A stretch of 64,000 nt of DNA from Eledone cirrhosa (taxonomy: Eukaryota), in assembly GCA_964016885.1 (NCBI GenBank), contig OZ024740.1, forward strand, positions 404,426,001 through 404,490,000. The letters run 5' to 3'. The notes beneath the pieces were generated by a model that saw only the letters and a list, made by a program, of their open reading frames with translations, did no database searches and was not told the origin of the DNA. Made by a program: the position numbers and the translations under genes. Numbering within the stretch: position 1 is the first letter of the stretch; each line of letters opens with the position of its first letter. This document shows positions 43,725 to 57,248 of the stretch, piece by piece.

Positions 43725-44595
43725 GTTGCATTTATCTTGCTTTATGTTCATACGAGTTATTACCAAGTCACAACCAGTGACATCAAGAGACAACAAGGTC
43801 CGCCATGTTCAAGAAAGAACATACATACACACACATGCATCTTTAGGTGTTTAGACTTGTGATGTACTTATATTGACAGAATCTTCCTTAGTATATGGGC
43901 AGTTCCCATTAGTACTATCTTTTGTATTTCTCCTATACGCGGGTTTCCTGGGATTCGCGATAAGTAATCATTAGACCCCTTAGGTATCATTCCTAGAGCG
44001 CCTACAACCACTGGTATTGTTTTAGTTCTCAATTTCCACATTTTTCCAATTTCTATCTCCAGGTCCTTATACTTGCTCAATTTTTCAAATGTTTTTATAG
44101 ATACATTCTTGTCTATTGGAACGGACATATCAATTAGCAGGCATACCCTCTTTTTAAAGTCCTTCAGTATTATATCAGGTCTATTTGCATCTATTTTTCG
44201 GTCTGTTTGGATGCTAAAGTTCCACAAGATTGAGATGTGATCTTTTTCAAGTATGGGAGGTGGTTGATGCTCCAACCAATTCTTTTGATGGGGCAGGTCA
44301 AAATGCTTACACATTATCCAATGTATGTATTGTGCAGCTCTATCATGCCTGTTTAGGTATTCGGTTGGAGCTATAGGACTGCACATTGAAATTATATTAT
44401 CAATGGTCTCTGGTTGTTTTTTACATACACGGCATCATGGGTTGCATCCGTTTTTTATTATGTTGGCTTGGTAATTTTTTGTTGGCAGACACTGATCTTG
44501 TGCTGATATAATCAGTCCTTCAGTCTCCGATTTCAGTCCAGAGGATGCCAACCACTGATGGGTTAAAGTTTTGTCAACATCAGGATTGTTAGTTC

Positions 44596-44596
<1 letters not shown>
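43723..44596 (-). mobile_element. 5'-truncated R4/Dong-like RLE LINE between (TTA)n tracts
   Basis: CCHC finger region, RHD, ANRPDIIL, LIDMSVP, EKLSKYKDL, IPVVVGALG. Confidence 0.88.
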
Positions 44597-44628
<32 letters not shown>

Positions 44629-44835
44629 GGCGACCTACGTAGTAAATCGTATCATCGTGAGCTCCGCAAAGGTTTGTTATTTCCGTTTGTTAAAAATTGC
44701 CATTTATGAAAAATTTTATTGTTAACTGTTTATAAGCGCACATACATTGTTTTCCGAAAAGGACACCCAAAAAGATTGGGGCCTTGTGCCCAAAATTTAA
44801 ACTTTTATGATTATCAAAAAATTTCTTTGAAAAAA

Positions 44836-46830
44836 ATGGCTAATTCACCTCTGCACCAAGCAGCTGAGAGCCTTCCTCACAAACTAACACCTCACACCGA
44901 CACCACCATTGTAAATATTACTACGTTTGCCAACACAAAAAATTTAAGCAGTAGCAATATTTTAAATTTGTCTCAGGCAGACATTCATTTCCCGCCATTA
45001 CCAATGACTGCATGTGTTAAAGCCGCCACCACCACCACCACCACCGCGACAACCACCACCGCCACCACCACCGCGACAACAGAAACAAAAGGAAAAAATA
45101 AATCAACTCGTGATGTCGAAATGTTTTCAACCAAAATGGACTCTTCCACACCGAACTCCACTGACGTCACCACCACCACAACTGAAACTAAAATTAATAA
45201 TAACAATAATAACGATAACAACAACAGCAACAATGACATTAAAAAAACCACCCTGAGTTTTGCCAGAGTAGCAAAACAGTGCGAAGCATTTACGGTAACT
45301 CAGGAGGAATTAGAAAATGCCAAAAAAATGGTAAAGAAAGATGGGTACAGGGTCAGCCTCACCCCCCCCCCCCCACCACCACCTAATAAAATGGAGCATC
45401 GGCGCCTATGCACCGTGTCGTATCGAACAATTAATGTAAAATCGCGCCGAGTGGAACGGGCATCCGAGTCCCAAATCCAAAAAGCTTTGGGACATGTGTG
45501 GGCAAGAAAAACCCACATCAGACGTAGGCAGAAGTATGGAACCGTGGGCGTGTTCTTTGAAACACCAGAGGAGGCTAGAGAACACTCCATGGCCCCATGA
45601 AGAAGTGGCGACTTCACACTCGTCCCAAGCTATTGTGGCCAGAGACTCGTAAAGATCAGGGTGACCCACTTTCCACCGGCCATCGAAATTCCCTGGCTAA
45701 TAGCGGCCGTCCTCGCCGGCATCGAAGCCAACACAAAGATAATAGCAATAGCAAAAGAAAAGCAGGAGAACTGGTCCGGATCTGGGATGGAGCTCCTGAT
45801 CCAAGCGGACCAAAAAAGCATTGAGGAGGTCCCAGAGGTAATAGACCTCACTGACGGCAGCCACCTCACCGTAATTGTCGAGGGCAGAAGGCCTAGGTGT
45901 GTCGTTTGTGGTGAAGAAACCCACCTAAGGGCTTTCTGCCCTCAGGCTAAAAGGTTGAGGCCACCTCTCCTACCCACCCCAGTGATTCAACCATCAACAC
46001 CACCAGTAGCAGAGATGGCAGCAACAACTGTAGCAGCAACAACAGAAGCAACTATAACAGCAACAACCCCAGCAACAGAAGAAAAACCAACACCACCACC
46101 ACCAGCAAAACCAACACCACCACCACCCAACGCTTCAGAACTAGCACCAGCGCCTACATCATCCACCACGCCACAACAAAAACTAACGCCTGTGGAGGAT
46201 TTTCCACTCCCCGGCCTATCACAACTGGAGACAGATTGTGACGACGAGGAGTGGGAAACGGTATCAGGAAAAAAAAAAAGAAACCAAAAAAGAAAAAATT
46301 CTCTTCCTTCCCCCTCCAAAAACAAAATACAGAGGGAAACAAATAAATTAACAAACAAAAAGGTTAGGACAGATATGCCACCATCCACACCAGCATCACC
46401 AACCCGATCAACGCAAACACCAACACCATCATTAACCCCAACACCACCATCACCTACACCACAAAAGTCACCAAAATGCGAAACAGAAACAAACCCACAA
46501 CAAACGCAAACAAAACAAAACAACCAAAACGATACACACTACACAGCATTAAATTTGAACAACATGCAATTATTACACTACATCCAACACAACACCAGCA
46601 TCACAGAAAAAGACTACACAACAACCCAAAAATTCACACCACCTCCACACATACAAATCACTCGCATCACACAGAAAACGTACATGACACTAAAACAAAA
46701 ATTCCCCAAAGACATCGGAGACTTCCGACAAGCACTCTCCAGGAGGATTTATAAGGACATCCTTCCTGAGGAGGCCACAAGCAGTGAAAAGGATGGAAAA
46801 ACCGTCCTTCCCCTACGAGAAGTAAGGTAA
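44836..46830 (+). pseudogene. Tx1-like ORF1 (gag-like) with one in-frame TGA at 45598
   Basis: Track ORFs 44719-45600 and 45661-46830 share a frame; zinc knuckle CVVCGEETHLRAFC; Pro/Thr-rich tail. Confidence 0.8.
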
Positions 46831-49800
46831 GTGGTCTTTCCCATCTTTTCCACTCCTTTTAAACATTACCTCACTCAGAATAGGCAGCATAAATGCGCGT
46901 GGCTTGGGGTCGTCATGGAAGCAGGGCCACCTGCTCAACGACCTCAGGTCACTAAACATAGATGTAGTGGCCATCAGCGAGACCAGAATCTCCGAAGCAC
47001 AGGCCTTCGCACCGATCTTCGGCGGCTTCGATCTGTACGCATCTCCCAGCTGTCCGGGATCGGGGGGAGGAGTTGCTGTGCTTTTTCGGAGAGGTTTGTA
47101 TCTTGCCATACGGGCCATCTTCCTGGACCCAGAAGGTAAGTTGGTGGTGCTGGACGTGACCAGCGGAGACGGGCAAGCTTTCAGGTTAGTGGCCGTCTAT
47201 GCCCCGACAGGAGCAGGGCGGCCTGATTTCTTCCGGCGTCTGGAGACCTTTCTTGGAACGTCCCGCTCTTTAGTGTTAGTGGGCGACTGGAACGGGATCT
47301 TAGATGCACGCTGGGATTGTGTGTGATTAGTGGATAGGGAAGGAGGGTGCAAGAGTCTCACCAACCTGCTCAGACGTTTTGAACTGTCTGACAGGTACCG
47401 AATGGATTTCCCGAATGTACCAATGTGGACTTGGACAAATCGCATAGGGTCATCCAGATCATATCTAGATAGAGTATTTTGTAGGGAAATAGATAGGTCT
47501 AGCATAGGCTGTCCACAATTCAAGATAGTCAGCTACACGGACCACAAATTCGTGATCTGTGTGCTTGACTTAGATGGGCTTCATAGACGAGGACCCGGGT
47601 ATTGGAAGCTAAACGCGTCCTTACCAGCGCGCAAGGCCAACAGAGACCGGATTAGCGAACTAGTTAAGCGGGCGTTGACGGGAGCCATCGTCAACAACAA
47701 GTGGTGGTTTGCTCTGAAAAGAGCAATTAGAATAGAGTCCATTAGGTTTAGTAAGGCTTTAGCAATAGAGAAAAATAGAGCAGAGGGAGAATTAGTTAGA
47801 AAATTAGACGAGGCGCTTAGCAAAGGCATCGCGACCGACGTACTTGCGGCGAAATTGGCCCTTGACCAATTCTTCAATGCAAAGCACGAAGGCTGCGTTG
47901 TCAGAGCTAGGGTGCGTGCTCTCATACACGAGGGGACGAAAGCCGTTCAATGGGCCCGAGTGGCGGAGGCGCGTCGTGGCAACAAAGCCACGATCCGGTC
48001 TTTGGTGGACCACGACGGGCGCATGCTACTCGATCCCGGGCAAATGTGTGAAGCTTTTCAGCGACACTTCGCTCAACTCTTCGGGGGCAGTGGCGGGCCG
48101 GATCGAGGGATGGACTTTACTGTCTACCTCGACGGACTGCCGCGGCTTTCGGCCACTGAGGCGGAGTGTTGCGAAAAGCCGATAACAACCGCTGAAGTAC
48201 GGGATGCAATGACTAGTTGCAGAAGGGGTAAATCGCCTGGTTTGGATGGTCTGCCCTATGAACTTTACGTACAAATGCCAAACTTGTACGGAGGCCTCTT
48301 GGCGGACGTCTACTGCAACTGGCAACAGAACGGGAGAATTCCCAGCTCTGTGAGCCGAGGAGCGGTGGCGCTGCTGAGAAAGGATCCGAACAAGGGGGAT
48401 AACATAGATAATTTTAGGCCCATAACTCTGCTAAACACAGAGTTCAAGATTTTGGCCAAGGTGCTAGCAAAGAGGTTGGCGCTTGTCGTTGGTGGTCTAA
48501 TGGGAGAGGCACAGACATGTGCCATTCCCGACAGATCCATCCACGACAACCTCCACCTCATGCGATACATCGTAGAGAGGGTAGCTAGGGAACCTGGCAC
48601 GGGTGGGTCTTTGATCAATTTAGATCAGTCGAAAGCCTTCGATAGGGTCGACCATCGTTACCTAGCGGCAGTCCTGAGGGCGGCTGGCTTTGGGCCCGTC
48701 TTCAGAGGCTGGATCGCTGCCATGCACAGCGACATCTGCTCTGTAGTGAGAGTGAACGGTCACCTTTCGGAACCGTTCAACATCATGCGCTCGGTCCGCC
48801 AAGGATGTCCCCTCTCGTCCCTATTGTACGTATTGACTCTCGAGCCATTACTGCACAAACTGGAGACGTTGAGGGGGGTCCCGCGCGAACTAGGATGCGG
48901 AAGATTCGTGTCAGCATATGCCGACGATGTCACCGTAGTGGTGTCGAACGCCAAATACATCGAGGCGATCGGCACTACACTAAGAGAATACGAAGAGGTG
49001 ACAGGAGCAATGATCAACCAGGAAAAGTCAGTGGGCCTGCAGCTCGGCACCTGGAGAGGCAGGTCCATGCCGTCCAACAGCGTCGTCGGGCGCTGGACAG
49101 ACGGACCGGTTAAATTGCTAGGGGTCTGGTTCGGTCCAGACCTCCAGACGGACAAAAACTGGGACGAGGTGACGAGCAGGGTGGCTTCTCTCACCCAGAA
49201 ATGGGCCGAGAGGAAGCTATCCCTGAAAGGTCGAGCGGAGGTGGCGAATGCGTACATCGCATCCGTCATCTACTACCGCCTGACCGTCGTACCTTGTCCT
49301 AAGCCCCGCCTGACTGCGCTGGAGCGTTTGCTCTTTCGCTTCTTGTGGAAGGGACGCGCTCCGATGGTCAGGCGGTCCATCTGCTGTCAACACCCGCTAC
49401 GTGGAGGGCTGGGCATGCCGTGGCTGATGATGCGCAGACACGCGCTCAGGCTACGACATCTCCACCTCTTCCTCGACGGTGATCAGGTGTGGTCGCCGTT
49501 TGCTAGACACGTTTTTCCCCAGCTCGTCTCCTTGACGGAGCTGCAGTCCTGGGTCAAGCGAAGACCGAGAGGGAGCGCTTGGAGACTGGAATGTCTTCAG
49601 GCGCTCACAGCCCTCGACCAATCGGGCAATGTGATCGGTGGAAACTCCACCCTGGCGTTCTATAGGGGATTAGTGGAGGGGAAGAGCGACGACGTACTTG
49701 GAGAAACTCTAGGCGTCGACGAAAATCAACTAGCCAATCTCTTCGGAAGGACTTTCGGGCCGGGGCCTATGGACAACTTCCAGAAATCCCTGGCCTGGCA

Positions 49801-50284
49801 GTGCTACCGAGGAGCTTTGCCAGTTCGGGATAAACTCTACAGGCATGGAGGTGCCGTCAGCCGGGCATGTCCGAGATGCGCGCAGGGCGACGAAACCGTC
49901 CTGCACGCACTTGTCCAGTGTCCGAGCATTGCTGACTTGTGGGTTTATGTCGAACACCTGCTGTCACGTGTAGGACGGATCCAGCTATCAGCTGAGTCCA
50001 TCGTGAGGATTGCCCCGCCCCCTTCCTTTAGCCGGGAAGGGCAGGCAGTTTTTATCTGTCTGGTGGCCATGGCGAAAGAGATAGTATGGTGGACACGTTT
50101 GAAAGGGCTGAAGACGAGCACTTACCTCTTCGGTGATGCCCTGATTAACTTTTTCAAATTTCATTTGAAAAGGAAAATCAGGGTAGAGAGGGAAGTGCTC
50201 TCTTCCCAGCATTTTGTTGAAAGATGGGTGAGAGAAGCAAGTATGGCCCGAATGAATGGGCTTTCTCTGAGCATGTGTCTGTAA
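46826..50284 (+). pseudogene. Tx1-like ORF2 (APE endonuclease, RT, C-terminal Zn finger) with one in-frame TGA at 47324
   Basis: IGSINARGL, ISET, AVYAP, GDWN, YLDR, TDH; KSPGLDG, DQSKAFDRVDH, RQGCPLS, AYADD; CPRC..ETVLHALVQC. Confidence 0.92.
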
Positions 50285-50528
50285 ATTAAAGGTGGAAAAC
50301 TGGGAGAGGGCACTTGCCCTGGTGGTCAGGGCCACTGTGGTCTTTTAATGGGCTTTCTCCACAAATGTCCCTCGGAAGTCTCCCCCCTATTGGGGAATTT
50401 TTCTTTGTTATTTTATTTCAACCTCTGTTTTTTTTTACACGCAGAAATGCCCATTTGTACCGTCCTGTATTGTCCTGTACTGTCCTTAATGTCTACTTTA
50501 TGTAAACCCTTGTGGTTAATAAAGAAAA

Positions 50529-50577
<49 letters not shown>

Positions 50578-53500
50578 GTTCTTTGAGTCTCAGTCATTGA
50601 TGTTAGTTAACTGGAAAGTTTGTTGAAATGAATATCAAGCCACTACCTGCAGCCTCACATATTCAGGACGTATCGGAGGGATCTTGCTGTTCCCAGCAAG
50701 CATGCCTTTTGAAGCGTTCCAAAAAGCGTGGCGGGGCCAATTTTCTTTAACCATTCCTGGAAACTTTTTGAGATAGTACCTAGTGCGCCTATGACAATCG
50801 GGACCACTTTGACTTCATGGCAGTTCCACATCCTTTTTACCTCCTACTTTAAGTCCTGGTATCGGTTAATTTTCTCCCTCTCCTTCTCTTGCACTCTCGT
50901 GTCGAATGGGCAGGCCACATCCACAATCAGGCACGATCTTTTTTCCTTGTCCAAAACCACCAGGTCAGGTCTATTGTGTTCCAGTTTCTTGTTCGTTTGT
51001 ATCCTAAAATCCCACAGCACCTTCACCTGATCGTTTTCTATCACCGACTCTGGCTTATGCTCATACCACTTCTCAGAATGTGGTAAATTGTTTACTTTGC
51101 ATAGGTGCCAGTGGATCACCCTGCCCATCACATCATGTCTCCAGCCTTTATAGTGAGTCTGGGCTAGATGTTTACACTCGGATACAATGTGAGCCACAGT
51201 CTCCTCTCTCTCCACAGATCCTGCACAGTGGGCTAGCCTCCTCCTTGTAAATATGGTGTTTCAACCACTTCGTTTTGAGGGCCTGCTCTTGCGCAGCCAT
51301 TAGCATTCCTTCTGTAGCCTTTTTAAGGTCTCCTCTTTTCAACCAATTCCATGTCTGTGGATCTCTGAATTCAGTTTTCTCAAAGAAGGTACTATGAAGG
51401 GATTTTTCCTGAAGGCTGCTCTTTCTCCTTGTTGTTATTTCCTCCTTGGACATCCCCTGGTCTATTGTCCTCTCCTTCAGTACAATTTTGAGCATTGGCT
51501 CCTTACTATCAGTCACGTATTTGTGTAGGTTGTTTTTCTCCATCTGAACACAGTCCTCTATGCTGATAAGACCTCTTCCACCTTCAGATCTCCTTAAGTA
51601 GAGTCTATCGACATCACTCCTCTTGTGGAACATGTTGTAGATAGTCAATAGCTTCCTAGTCTTCCTATCCATTTCTTTTTGTTCAGCAAGATTCCATCTC
51701 AGAATTCCCGCACTGTACCTAATAATAGACACAGCTCGGGAATTTACTGCACTTATGGCATTCCTACTGTTCAGATGTGACTTTAATACGCTCCTTACTC
51801 TCCGAATGTATTCAGATCTTATCAATTCCTTCATTTTTTTGTTCTTGATGTCATCAGCCTCCAGAACACCCAAATACTTGTATCCTTCTCCAGTGTCAAT
51901 TTCCTTTATCATCTCACCTGTTGGTACCTGGATTCCGTTGCTTCTGCTCAATTTACCCCTCTTCATCACAAGGACTCCACACTTACTAATACCAAATTGC
52001 ATACATATATCATTGCTGAAAATACGGACAGTGTCAACAAGCACATCCAACTCCTTCTCACTCTTCCCGAAGAGCTTAAGATCGTCCATGAAGAGGAGGT
52101 GATTGATGGTAAGCCCTCCTTTTCCCAACTTGTATCCCCCTGCTCTCACTTTTCGCAGTATAATGGTCAGGGCATCAGAGCAAGGACAAACAACAGAGGG
52201 GACAGACTATCTCCCTGGAAGATACCTCTCTTGATCTTCACGCCTCCCAAGGATTCTCCAGCTGTAGTTAACTCTGTTTTCCAGGACTTCATACTTTTGC
52301 CCAACAACTTTCTGATGTTATCTGCCACCTTGAAGATCTCTAGGCTTTTGGTGATCCAAGAATGAGGCACCATGTCAAATGCCTTTTTGTAGTCTATCCA
52401 TCCCATGGCAAGACCAGTGTGCCTCCTCTTGCAATTCCTCATTACCATCTTATCAATAAGTAACTGGTCCTTTGTACCACGGGACTTCTTTCGGCATCCT
52501 TTCTGTTCGTCCGGTAACAAGTTGTTTGTGTGGAGGTGATGGTAGATTTCCTCAGACATAATGCTTGTCAACAGTTTCCACATTACGGACAGACATGTGA
52601 TAGGTCTATAGTTGGTTACATCTTTACCCTTGATTCGGTCTTTCAATACCAGATCTGTGGTATCTTTTGTCAACCACTCTGGTACCTCACCTGAGCAGTC
52701 ATTGAACATGGTTGTCAGTTTCGGGTGGAGGGATTTTATATTTTTAATCCAATACCCCTGCACACCATCTGGGCCTGGTGATTTCCAGTTGGTTAGTTTT
52801 TTGGCCTGCCCCTTAAGAGTTTCAACTGTGATACTCAAATCAGTTTGTTGGTGTGCCTGTTCACTAATCTCCTTTTGTACTGTCTCAATCCACACTGCCT
52901 GGTCATTATGTTTAACATCCTGCTCCCATATTCCTCTCCAGAATGTCTTAGTTTGTTCCGCCTCAGGGATCAAGTCGTTGCCTCTTTCTTTCCCTTCAAG
53001 CTGCCCAAACAGCATCTTCTGGTTGTTGTCAAACATGCGGTTCTGTCTATACTGACTGACTCTGCTCTCGTATCGCCTAATTTTTGCACTCTTTGCTGCA
53101 ATGCGTTGCTTCAGTTCCCCTATGATAATATTTAGCTTTTTCCTCCTAGTTTTGTACTTTATTTCCAGTCTATTTTTAGTGTCTATGTTTTTTAGTGTCC
53201 TATTCAGTAGGGACTCAAGCTTTCCAATGTCATTTCTCATTTCCCTGATTTGACCATTCAGTCGTTTCTTCCACCAAGGTTCTGATCTTTCTTGTTTGTT
53301 GTTTCCTCTCGCTTTTATGCCAAGTAATTTCCTCACCGCATTTGCTGTTGCTTTGAGGATATTGTTGCACTGGTGAAGGCTCCTCGCCTCAAGGTATGGG
53401 ATGACTTTTAACTTTTTCCTGTCTACAAATCTTAGGTTCATAGGTTTCCCACTATCATTGTTCAATTCATCTACCACTAAGTTTAGGATATCAACCAAAT

Positions 53501-54135
53501 CTTGTCCTAGCCCGTCAGCATTCATCTCCTCAATGGCCGTATCTCTGTTCCAGGTATTATTTATTTCAGCATTCAGATCATTGTCTGCTTCGGATGGTTC
53601 CTCCGTTCTCTCAACCTCTTCACCTTCATTTCCCACTGGCTCGTTTGTCTGGCATACTACACTCTCCATTTCCAACCTAATCTCTCTGCTCAGCTACTCC
53701 AGTTCCAGCTCGCTTATCCACCCATTAGTTCTTATTACCCGAGCCTGCCCGGCCAATTTTTGTTCATCTAATTTAAATAGACCAATCTCGTCCCAGATGT
53801 TATGCATCCGTTTCCTATAGCCTTTCTCCTTGGGGTTACTCTTCAGGTAACATTGCCTAACAGTTCTATTCAATTCTTTCGTCCAGTTGGTTCTGGTCCC
53901 TTTCCTTCTTTTTCTTCCTCCGACACCAGCAGTATTTGGTTGACAGCCAGGTCCCTGCTGCTGAGCCAGGGAGCACCTGCTGGGTGAGAGTCTGTCACAT
54001 GACATTCTAGTCTCCACTTCACCGTTATTCGAACTGTTTAGGTTCGACATTTAAACACTCTTATCGAGGATTGGTGAATGTATGGTTACATAACCACCAG
54101 TGATTTTAGTGTGGCACTATCATGCTGTAGACGAA
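50578..54135 (-). mobile_element. Near full-length R4/Dong-like RLE LINE; single ORF (~54050-50655) broken by 2 stops and 2 frameshifts
   Basis: NWKSPGPDG, YRPITCL, IDYKKAFD, GIFQGDSLSPL, HLLFMDD, YKYLG, CRIC, RHD, NRPDLV, VDVACP; (TAA)n at element 3' end. Confidence 0.92.
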
Positions 54136-54949
54136 CATAAATAAACAAACAAACAAATAGGTAAAAAAAAAAAAAAAAAGAATAAGCATAAGTTTCATTG
54201 TAATGTAATGTTTGAATGTCTGACTTAGTTTTTTTTTTGTTTTTTTTTCTTCCTTCTCTGTCTGTCTGTTTGTCTTTCTTTTCATTTTTCTTTTCTTTAC
54301 GTTTTTCGTTGTTGCTGTGCTGTTTTGATTTTGATTTTTGTTTTTTTGATTTTTTGACCGGGTCATCAAATTTATATTTATATCTTTTGATGCCTTCCTC
54401 TTTTAGTGGGGACACTACGATGCATGTCTTAGCAGGAGGTAGTGGGAGAGAATAGCGGCGGTAGCGATAATAAGGCAGTGGTGGTGGTGGTGCTGTGCTA
54501 GTAGTACTTAGCAGGAGGTAGTGGGAGAGAATAGCGGCGGTAGCGATAATGAGTCAGTGGTGGTGGTGATGTGATCGTAGTACTGTAGTGATGGTGTTGA
54601 AGTTGAAGTAAAAATAGAAGTTGAGGTAACTTGACTAGAGTTTTTGGAGTGGTAGTGGTGATGGTGACGGTGGTGGTGTTGGTGGTGAAATTATTTGCCT
54701 GTCACTTAGCCATTTTGCCATTTTCCTCTTTTTCGACTATAACATTTCTGATCCAAAATTAAATATTAAATATTGGAACCCTATGCCGTAAAGTGATGCG
54801 TTGTGGCTTGCTGAGCGTAGAAAATGTAATCTTATACTTCATTTGTAATAAGAATTATTCTATCACAGTTGTTTTAAATAAGTAAAAATCAAAAACTTAC
54901 GGGAGCGATTCCATAACGATATATATCCACCATGTGCGTTTTCTTCTTC

Positions 54950-55026
<77 letters not shown>

Positions 55027-55455
55027 ATAGTTAGAAATCATGTCTAAAAAGGGTTGAGAAAACTCTTCAGTTGTGTCAAGGGTGCGACAATCTCTTTAGA
55101 GTTGGTGACACGGTAAAACACACCCAGTGCACTCTGTAAGGTAGTTGGTGATAGAAAGGGCATCCAGCTGTAGAAACTTTGCCAAAAAAAGAATGAGGTG
55201 ACTCTTCAGTTGTGTTTTGCACGACAACTTTTCTCCTGTTGGTAACACAACAAAACGTACCCAGTACAATCTGTAGAATGATTGCTGATAGGTAGGACAT
55301 CCAGCCGTAGAAAACCTGTCAAACTAAGGGCCCAGAGGACTCTTCAGTAATATCAAAAACATGACAACCTCATTTGTGCTCGGATAAACTGCGCTCCATG
55401 CATACACACGTACAGCTCACTATATTTGTATATCCTCAAATATTTCTACTTTCAG

Positions 55456-55534
55456 CAACTGCCGTGTTAACACTGAATCATCTCTGTTGATCGCAATCGG
55501 AATAACTAACAATAACACATTAAAAGTTCTGAAG
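55456..55534 (+). CDS. LRRC74A: LRRC74A/B-like exon 8
   Basis: ttcag|C..AAG|gttag, phase 2->0; (S)[26 protein letters not shown]. Confidence 0.88.
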
Positions 55535-55584
55535 GTTAGTTTTACCCCTGTTTTCCTTTTAAGTTTTCTCTTCCCCCAACCAAG

Positions 55585-55724
<140 letters not shown>

Positions 55725-55889
55725 ATATATACATGACATATATATATATATACATGACATATATATATACATACATGTACATATATATATATACATACAT
55801 GTATATATATATATACATACATGTACATATATATATACATACATGTACATATATATATACACACATGTACATATATATACATGCATGTA

Positions 55890-55955
<66 letters not shown>

Positions 55956-56222
55956 TAAACGGAAAAAAATGAAACGAAATTTCCTTTCCCACTCTTAGTA
56001 CGGCTGTTACTTAAATATAAGTATGAACACGTACATACATATATGTATACAGACGTACAGTAGTATGTATATATATATACATACATGCACACATATATAT
56101 ATGTACGTATAGATTCACCGAACATTTATGATAATGCTCGGTGTGTTTGTAAACAAACAACCCGTATTAAGCCGTAGTGTCTAGCAACCATCGTTGCTCA
56201 TTTGTTCAACACTGACAAAGGA

Positions 56223-56265
56223 ACGCTGTACTAGTTTCAAGCTTATTAGCTATCGTCAGCAACGT
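56223..56265 (-). ncRNA. Minimal type I hammerhead ribozyme, copy 1
   Basis: ACGUUG CUGACGA U-AGCU-AAUA-AGCU-U GAAA CUA GUA|CAGCGU. Confidence 0.75.
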
Positions 56266-56642
56266 ATACCTTCCTGCCAGATTGTTGAACGCATATACTT
56301 ACCTTATGCATATTAACGGCTGAGTAGCCCAATTTGCATATCGAGTGGGTTAATCGGCCGGGTGCACCGAAAACGATAAACGGAAAAAATGAAACGAAAT
56401 TTCATTTCCCACTCTTAGTACAGCTGTTACTTAAATATAAGTATGTACACGTACATACATATATGTATACAGACGTACAGTAGTATGTATATATATATAC
56501 ATACATGCACACATATATATATGTACGTATGGATTCACCGAACATTTATTATAATGCTCGGTGTGTTTGTAAACAAACATCCCGTATTAAGCCGTAGTGT
56601 CTAGCAACCATCGTTGCTCGTTTGTTCAACACTGACAAAGGA

Positions 56643-56685
56643 ACGCTGTACTAGTTTCAAGCTTATTAGCTATCGTCAGCAACGT
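56643..56685 (-). ncRNA. Minimal type I hammerhead ribozyme, copy 2
   Basis: Identical to copy 1 and exactly 420 nt away. Confidence 0.75.
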
Positions 56686-56922
56686 ATACCTTCCTGCCAG
56701 ATTGTTGAACGTATATACTTACCTTATGCATGTTAACGGCTGAGTAGCCCAATTTGCATATCGAATGGGTTAATCGGCCGGGTGCACCGAAAACGATAAA
56801 CACACCGAGCATTATAATAAATGTTCGGTGAATCCATACGTACATATATATATGTGTGCATGTATGTATATATATATACATACTACTGTACGTCTGTATA
56901 CATATATGTATGTACGTGTACA

Positions 56923-56992
<70 letters not shown>

Positions 56993-56994
<2 letters not shown>

Positions 56995-57181
56995 CGAAGG
57001 AAATGTGGTAAGGAACCAGGTGGACCATAACGCACCAAAGTACTCAATACTTGAGGTAGTAGAGTGGATAATAGGAACCAGTAAGACCCCGACAGCTGAG
57101 CTCAAGCCGTTTCGACGGCTAATTCTGGACAGAATTAGCCGTCGAAACGGCTTGAGCTCAGCTGTCGGGGTCTTACTGGTT

Positions 57182-57186
<5 letters not shown>
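56993..57186 (-). mobile_element. Second fold-back remnant with 57-bp arms
   Basis: Arms 57071-57127 / 57130-57186; nearly identical to 29145-29331. Confidence 0.65.

Positions 57187-57248
<62 letters not shown>

Larger units (their letters stand above)
44629..50530 (+). mobile_element. Near full-length Tx1/L1-clade LINE
   Basis: Two ORFs, AATAAA at 50518, (TTA)n on both sides. Confidence 0.92.
55955..56926 (-). mobile_element. Retrozyme-like / PLE-pLTR-like non-coding repeat: 2 x ~420 bp tandem plus an inverted 129-bp arm
   Basis: 55955-56375 ~ 56376-56797; 56798-56926 is the reverse complement of 56440-56568; one HHR per unit. Confidence 0.75.

Noticed and set aside
54423-54580. ~80-bp tandem duplication in GGT-rich DNA
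   Set aside because: Low-complexity slippage with no further structure
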